The notes below the pieces were generated by a model, which worked only from the letters and a program-made list of their open reading frames with translations, did not search any database and was not told the DNA's origin. From positions 55,800,001 through 55,864,000 of the forward strand of contig OZ024745.1 in assembly GCA_964016885.1 (NCBI GenBank): DNA of 64,000 nt, written 5' to 3'. Within the stretch, counting starts at the first letter, position 1. The number at the start of each line of letters is the position of its first letter. Source of the DNA: Eledone cirrhosa (Eukaryota). Shown here one piece after another: positions 56,025-64,000 of the stretch. A program made the position numbers and the translations under genes.

Positions 56025-57531
56025 ACATACAGACACATGCACATATACAATACACACACACAAACACACACACACACACATACACACACACAAATATATA
56101 TATATATATATATTTATATAAGTGGGGGATGGATCCATATATTACGTGTGTGCGTGTGTATGTGTTAGTGAACATGGATTTACATATATGCACGTACACG
56201 AAAAGGTGACCTCTTCTCAAGAAATGGCCAAGAGCGAGTCGTTCATTATTGCACTGTTTATTTTATTATAGTGGTCGACACCAAATTAATTGGACAAATA
56301 CATGCGGGTGGTTTTCCATAGGGACAAATTGAAACAAAAACCTTTATTGGATAGGAAGTCACATGATATTGGCAAAACAATGTTTACTGAATATATAGAT
56401 ATTCAGTAAACATTGTGATATATATTTAATTTGCTTTCTCGTCTTCTGGTCTTTTATCTAGGATTAACAGTAACATTATAATATTGCCAAGGGAATTATT
56501 TATTGTTTTTATGCTTAAAACATCACTTTAATAGATTTTACTAGGGACTTATTAGCTGGCGTTCATGACATCGCCAACTAACAAGTAATACTACTTTATC
56601 CTAGAAAGCTTGAATTGTTTTCTCTGCGAACCAACTTCACTCTATTAATTAAGCATTGTTAGCGTGGATTGCATATATTCATTTATTTTCGTTCTAATTT
56701 TACCATTGCATTTTATTTTCACTGTAAAATATTTCTGTAAATAATACTTTACTGCGATTTTATTTTTACTTTTTTAAGAATTGAATATCGTTGAATTATA
56801 AATTTAGAATTCATTGTTGAATCAAGCATATGCACATTAATGTGCAGAATCAAGATCCGATATTTCAAACTGAAATATCTTGAAATATTCTTTTATGATA
56901 TTAAATCCTATCACAAAACGTCACAAATCCTCTTAATAAAATTGATTAGAACACCTCAATATTCAGTATTCAAAAAAATACGCATGAGAGAGACATTGCA
57001 ATATGAATAGCAATAGACATTCTGGAAATTTACTTTATAACACAAAGCAATATATCTTAGTTAGATTTGATTATACGAACATATATAATTTAATAATTCC
57101 TGGCTTCGGAGAGCGATTTGTTATTGAAATGAAATGGAAGTTGTAGATAGAAATATGTTTTGAAAAAAATTGTTTTGTTTTTTCTTTAAGTAGAAATCTT
57201 TCTACATCAAACAATATGATAATATTTCTTGTGACAGATCATTCTGGGAGGAGGACACAAAAGCAACACCAGTAGGCTGTATTAAGTTTTATTTAGTTTT
57301 CGTGAATGTTATTTTATATAATATAGTATTTATTTATTTTGACCTGCAATATCCAACATAAAGATTGAGTGGGTTTGTTGAGGTATTAGACCGAAGTAGA
57401 TACAGCCACAACAATTCTTACCCCTTCGCTGTTATCCCTAATTTGCTTTAACGCTTTCTTTCTCCATCGCTCTGCCATCGTTCTATCACATATCTCTCTT
57501 TCTTACTCTCTCTATCTAACTCTACCCATAT

Positions 57532-57600
<69 letters not shown>

Positions 57601-59599
57601 GAGAGAGGTACATAGATATATAGATATATATGTGAGTATTTGTGTATCCGTTGGTCTACAGCTCTATCAATTTATCTATCTACGTATCTGCCTGTCTACC
57701 CCACTGACTACCTACCTATATGTCAACGTGTTTGTAGGCAGTTTTGTCTCACATCTACCATGAATTAACATTCTAACAGAGACATGAAGCAAATGACGTT
57801 TTAGATTATATATTTAATTCCGTTTTTATGGATTTTATAAGGGCCCTATGGGCACAACCGACCCAAAAATGTTATTGTTATACATAGTCATGTTACTTTA
57901 AATAGTAAGGCCATATCTAACGGCAGGATTTAAATCTTACATGATGAACATATAGGGAATGCATAGTGTTAACTGTAACTTCAAAATAAAATAAGGAAAA
58001 ACATAGAAATAGAATATATGTACCAACCAATGGCAGAATGAATAATAGGTCCCGTGTTTATTCCTATTGCATGCTAATAAAACTAAATGGCATAGATGGC
58101 CGAAGAAATACTTCGCTATACTACAAGCATACGATATATTACCACAAACTAAACTTTCTATAAAGAAACCTAAACATCTGAAAATATAATCGTATTTTCT
58201 AACATTTGACCGATTGAGTCATATACCAATGTCAATATATAAATGGAAAATACCTATCAGACATGGTAATAAAATATGAGAAGTCACAGAGAGAAACCTA
58301 CATTTTTTTCTTTCAAAGAATGCAGAAAAATATATAGCTTAATAGCCGAAAATGAAGAAAAACAGTTAAAAGAAAACACTGAAAACAGAGAAAAACTCCA
58401 GACGAAACAGAAAAAAGCCCAATAAATAAAACCCCGAAAATAAAAATTAAAATGTGAAACAACTAGAATATGACTAAACAAACAATAACATAAAATAGAG
58501 TTGCAATATAAAGTTCATATACAAATGAAAACAAAATGTTGAAAGAACTGTATGAAATAAAACAGTATATTTATATATACGAAGGAGTGGATGAGCTTAT
58601 CAAAGATGTACATATGAACAATATTAGCAAAAGGTTAACTCGGCCATCATTGGCATTCTGAAAACATACACTAAATATACGAAACACCAACAACAAAACA
58701 AGCCCATTAAATCCATGATGTGAATATATTTATTCACAATGTGGAGTGGTACAACCAGACGTTGCTTAGAAATGATATGATCGAGAATATTTTTTTTTAA
58801 ATCAATTATAGGCTTGTGCTAAAATTAGAAATCGTCGTCATTCTTGTCGTTTTCGTCATCGTCATTATGATCATGACCTTCCTCATTCTCATAATCAATT
58901 ACATCATCATCATCACTACTATACCTCCAGGTCTTAGTGTGTTGGTTAGGAGTAAAAGTGCTACTCAAAAAAACAAAAACAACTGATATACTAATATCTA
59001 TATAAAACGTCTTAAAACATGCTTTCGAAATCCATATGGTTGAAGTTTTATTTCAAAAATTGAAATAAATAAATTATAAATCCTTAAAGAAGCTCATTAT
59101 GACTTTAATATGTCGGAAGTATTTTGTTCAGAGTGAGGTATATGCTAATGGAGCGGATATATGATCAAAGCCTTCTATCCAGGACCAGGACCATCGACTC
59201 CGTTTTACGGCAGCTATCTCTATACTATACCATATGACCTTCCATTTTTCAAAAGAACACGTATAGTTGAGGACTATTTTGTTGTTGTCTCAAGGTATTC
59301 AAAGAGTCATAATGGTCTGAATAATTGGAACACTAATAGCAACAGACTCATCACCTTGAGGAGGCCGTTCTAAATTTGCTAAGGAAATCATTTGTTCTTG
59401 ACACCAGAAACAGACCAGGAAGTCAAAAGCGCAGGTCACCTAGTCATATTCAGCAAAGATACAGTGTGATATTGAGGAAATAAAAAAAAGTCTGTAATAA
59501 ACAAGGATAAGAACAATGAGATAAAGTTGATTCAGACTCCGAGAGTATATATATATATAGTCCACCTCATCTTCTGATCATGACGTCTACACGTGACAG

Positions 59600-60230
59600 C
59601 CTCGGGATTATCACTCTCAATTGTTATTGCTTATAGGCCCATTTTGAGATCCAGGCCACACAACACACAAATTATTTAACCTCACAGACTTAATTGCATC
59701 CTCGCCAATGACCTTGCCTTATTTGCCCGTTGTGTATATCTGAAGAAGCTGCTGTGGCCAGATTTGTGATATCAGCAAAATATTCTTCAACCCACGCGAG
59801 GATGCACATCTCTGAAGACAGGAGAAACACAGACGCATTCCTGACAGCAGGCATAGAGGAGGACCTCTTATTACCAGGTCGTGCATAGTTTCCAGAACAC
59901 TTTGTAGGAGGAAATATTTCCAAGCCAAATTTGCATGATCTTTTCTTTGCATGAATGGAATTTTGACCACTTCATTTAACCAAGAAGCCATCTTGCCACC
60001 CGTTGCCACACTAGGCCTGTTTCAGCTGCAGCATTTAACAGCTGAAGCAGAAAGTGCTGCGTTGAATGGTCTCCCCCCACCTTTAACGGCATTAGCTTGC
60101 TCATGGAGTTCTCTGATTGTGGATCCAATCGTCTCCGCTTATCTGGTCCTGTTTCCCTTATCCGCCAGCGTTTTCCATTTTATCCTGTAGGTCGAGCTGG
60201 ACTTGCCAGGTTCGTGGGGTTTTGATATTC
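59600..60230 (-). pseudogene. Highly decayed RTE-like RT fragment
   Basis: Frameshifted remnants W..VVKIPFMQRKDHAN and GNYAR resemble IP..KKGD..NC.NYR..GK.YAR. Confidence 0.5.
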
Positions 60231-61216
60231 TCAAGTTGCAGATAACTAATACAAACACCTAGCGTAACATCGAAGAGATCATGGATACAGTATCTTTCCA
60301 CAAATTATTTGTATTTCTATATCAACAACAAAATAAGTTTAACGCCAACAGGGATTCTGCGTCATTACAATTCGAGCCATGCTTAAAAGTATCTACAGCA
60401 CATCTTACATTTCATTTTCCGCTGCAAATATAGAATACTGTAATACATTATCTTCTATTCTGAGAGTGCAAATTCAGTATGTCAAGCAATTTTAGTTATC
60501 TTTGCATCAAACTGAATAATTGCTTTACTGATGAGACAGTACCACCGGTTCTAGAAGCATTTAAACAACTGATTCACTTTCTTATCTTTTCTTTTTCTTT
60601 TTTTTCTGGTGAAACTCATTTATTGTTGACACAAATGCTAACAGATCTGTTCCTTTCATTAGGAACATGGCTTTGAAAAGTTTTCAGTTTCGCATGACAT
60701 TGGTAAGCCATGTCACTTAATATTATATACTAATGCTCTTGCTTCTGCAGCAGTTTTCACTGGTGATATTGTCAGAACTGCATCTATCAGTAATATTCCA
60801 ACTTTTCTAATTGCTTCACTGCTGCTGACACGGGGCCGTTAAAATTATTCATTTATTTCTGGTTATAATGCTTTAGTTGATGTCATAACGGCACATTGTA
60901 TTTTTACGGCAACTACTAGCTGCCTCCCTCAACGACGTTGTTTTGAAATACATACTTGCAAAAGCGATACCAATACCTGTTAAAACTTTCATTTTGTAGT
61001 TTCCACTCACTGAAAAAATATTTGAAACTTGGAGGATAAACTCAGTAACCTTCTACTTCCTATGAGCACTGATGTGTGTGATACTATTTTCATCCGAATT
61101 TTTTGTTTTCTTGCAATGCTTGTGACAATTTAAACAAATTGAAACGTAAATTTGAATTACTTATATCGTCAAATCACAATATTATTATTATTAATATTAT
61201 TAATATTATTATTAAT

Positions 61217-61436
61217 AGGGTGGTAGATTAGCAGTATTAGTAGAGCGTCAGACACCATGCTTTGAAGCACAGAGTTATGGCCCTTTATGTTCTGAGTTCA
61301 AATCCCGCTAAGGTTAACTTTGCCTTTCATCCTTACGGGGTCGATAAAACAAAGCCTCAGTCACGAACTGGGGTGGATTTAATCGACTTTCCCCTCCCAC
61401 CCCAAATTACTGGCCTTGTGCCTATACTAGAAATCA
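61217..61436 (+). mobile_element. tRNA-derived SINE, near full length
   Basis: GAGTTCAAATCCCGCTAAGGTTAACTTTGCCTTTCATCC; simple-repeat tail. Confidence 0.85.
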
Positions 61437-62595
61437 GTATTACTAGTAGTAGTAGCAGCAGCAGCAGCAGTAGTAGTAGTTGAAGTAGTAGTAGTACTAG
61501 TAGTAATATTAGTAGTAGTACTAGCCGCGGCGGCGGCGGCGGCTGCAGTAATGGAAGTAATAATAGTAGAAGTTTGCGCGAGTGAAAATTATCGATCTGG
61601 ACTATTTGAGCTCGAAAAGGTTAAAAGGTAAATTTCGTCTCGGTGAATATTGAACTCAGATCTGTCTGAAGAAGAATGAATGCCGAACATTATTCTCTCT
61701 CAAAATCTAAAGATTCCGCAAAACTGCCAGCTTAGCAACAGAAAAGATGCTTCCAAGCTGGTTAGATTCAAACTATGGTAGATCTGCTCGATTTTACGTA
61801 TCTAACACTACAAACGTTTGTTTACTACTTCCAACAACGAATTCATTACCATTATTATTATAAAAATAAACAATATCTTTATCATAAACATTATGACCAA
61901 AATCACTCATTATTATCATCAAAGTCTTTATCGTTTTCGTCGTCGTCATCATAATCCCCACAAGCATCATCATAATCATCATATTTACTGTTTCTATTGG
62001 TTGCAACTATTTGTTAGAAGTGCTTGTTCTTGGTGTTGATGCTTTCATTCATTTTTCCTTATTCCCTTCTTTATACTGTTCATTTCTTTTCTTTATTTCC
62101 TTTTTTCTTTCATTCAATCAATCCTTTCAACTATAGCTAATGTTGTTTAGTATAAATATTAGGTGCTGCTTAATGCCCTCTTACCAAGTTACTGGGCGGT
62201 CTTGTTTTATAGAGTAGCATTCTATTATGACAAAATACATCAGAGAAGAGGAAAGTTAGACTGCTAAAGTGATTGCTTTTCTGTGTCGGTTTGTTACAAA
62301 TCTGACAAAAGAAATTTTATAAGAAGATGGATATTGACTTCCACCGTAGGGCAATTTCACCGTACAACGCCATTGTGTACTGATTTTCGAAAGATTGATC
62401 GACACATACAAAAGCGAAGCAAGACGTAGTTATGGCATTTTAAAAGTAGGTCGTGCCTACCTATCAGTCCTAATTTTAATCAATTCTTGAGAATAATGAC
62501 CTTTTCTTTATTGTTGAGACATTTTGTTATAAATTTATCTTATTTATTTATTTCATTACACACAAACACGCATGCACACATACACGCACATATAT

Positions 62596-62653
<58 letters not shown>

Positions 62654-62656
<3 letters not shown>

Positions 62657-62868
62657 AACGAGTAAGACCCCAACGGCTGAGCTCAAGCCGTTTCGACGGC
62701 TTATTCTGGACTAAAAATGATTTTTAGTCCAGAATTTGCCGTCGAAACGGGATTTGAGCTCAGCCGTCGGGGTCCTACTCGTTCCTATTACCCACTCTAC
62801 TACCCTAAGTATTGAGTACTTTGCTGCGTTATGGTCCATCTTGTTCCGTACGACATTTCCTTCGTTAT
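62654..62868 (+). mobile_element. Short fold-back copy of the 26095 family (hammerhead core lost)
   Basis: Arms about 62654-62717 / 62721-62787; tail ACTC...TTGAGTACT...TTCCTTCGTTATA. Confidence 0.85.
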
Positions 62869-63319
62869 ATATATATATATATATATATATGTTTCTTTTA
62901 TATATATCCGCGCGAGTGTGTGTGTGTGTGTGCATATATAGTATATGTATGCATGTGTATGAGTGTGTGTGTGTGTGCGTGCGTATTTGTCTACTATTTT
63001 CCGGGAAAATGAATGCAAATGAACGAAAGCTAGAATAAATCTCAGCGTTGGGATTTATACTTCTATTCTCATTTTATGGATTAGCTCTAAAGTATTTCTT
63101 TAATTGGTTTATTATTCCAAATTGTTTTCGTTAAAACTTCATTAATTCCAATTAATATAAGTAGAATTAGATAAATGTAGTCATTATATATTTGTCTATC
63201 ACACTTTGCCTTTATTTCACATATGTATTATCTCTACCTGGATAGCAACATCCCATTTCGCATTGAATATATCATGTGCAACAAAGCCTAAATCCCACTT
63301 ATTAAAAAAACAAAAACAA

Positions 63320-63405
<86 letters not shown>

Positions 63406-63413
<8 letters not shown>

Positions 63414-63529
63414 ATACTTTGGGAGGGTCATGTTGCCAATATTGGCAACATGACCCTCCCAAAGTATAACAATATCGGTTTCAACACACGATTTCAGATA
63501 AAGAATCTTGCTAAACAAATTCAGAAACG

Positions 63530-63532
<3 letters not shown>
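63406..63532 (+). mobile_element. Mini fold-back of the Neptune-like pseudo-LTR end; perfect 70-bp palindrome plus tail
   Basis: 63406-63440 is the exact reverse complement of 63441-63475; the arm matches the termini at 11727 and 29869. Confidence 0.85.
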
Positions 63533-63585
<53 letters not shown>

Positions 63586-64000
63586 GCATATGTGTAGATA
63601 TAATTACAGTTTATATATATGTCTGTTTTAAACTAGGCTTGTTTGCAGCTGAAATGAATACGGAATGAAAAGATAACAATCTAATATGCGTAAACATATA
63701 TAATATGAATTCATATAATTATTTTCTTGATACTTATGCTAAGTTAACGCTATCTCTTATTATGAATAGACTGTCAAGCTTATATTTAACGTGTTTGAGG
63801 GAGTAACCACTATAGGAGTTATACGTGTTTTTGTAATCTTTATTTTAAATCCCGCTGTGTTGTGCCATCGCATATCAAAGCATACATGCACATTCAAGCA
63901 TATACGACGTATATACACACATATAGATACTTGCTTGTGCATGTTATACATACACACATACACACACACACTCGCTCACACACACAAACACACACACACA

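Overview
AT-rich, microsatellite-laden eukaryotic DNA with no convincing host protein-coding gene. The tRNA-derived SINEs and RTE tails look like octopus/cephalopod repeats (inference from recalled motifs). The window is dominated by Penelope-like retroelements (PLEs) inserted into (TA)n tracts: three 5'-truncated RT(YRDD-type)+GIY-YIG copies resembling the Hydra clade, one Neptune-like copy with an unusually long RT fingers insertion, and many short non-coding insertions that are often fold-back (inverted) pseudo-LTR fragments. By eye, more than a dozen type I hammerhead ribozyme motifs sit just upstream of AATAAA in these elements. Several have a greatly elongated stem II. Three sequence-distinct motifs use a compensatory U3-A8 catalytic core (TTGAWAA instead of CTGANGA). 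Unrelated families also share a covarying RCTC...GAGY hairpin about 25-75 nt from the 3' junction. Also present: RTE LINE relics, a Buster/Charlie-type hAT transposon with TIRs and an 8-bp TSD nested in an RTE tail, a 5'-inverted SINE inserted into a ribozyme, and a pre-miRNA-like hairpin. Element boundaries are approximate and all RNA folds were assigned manually.
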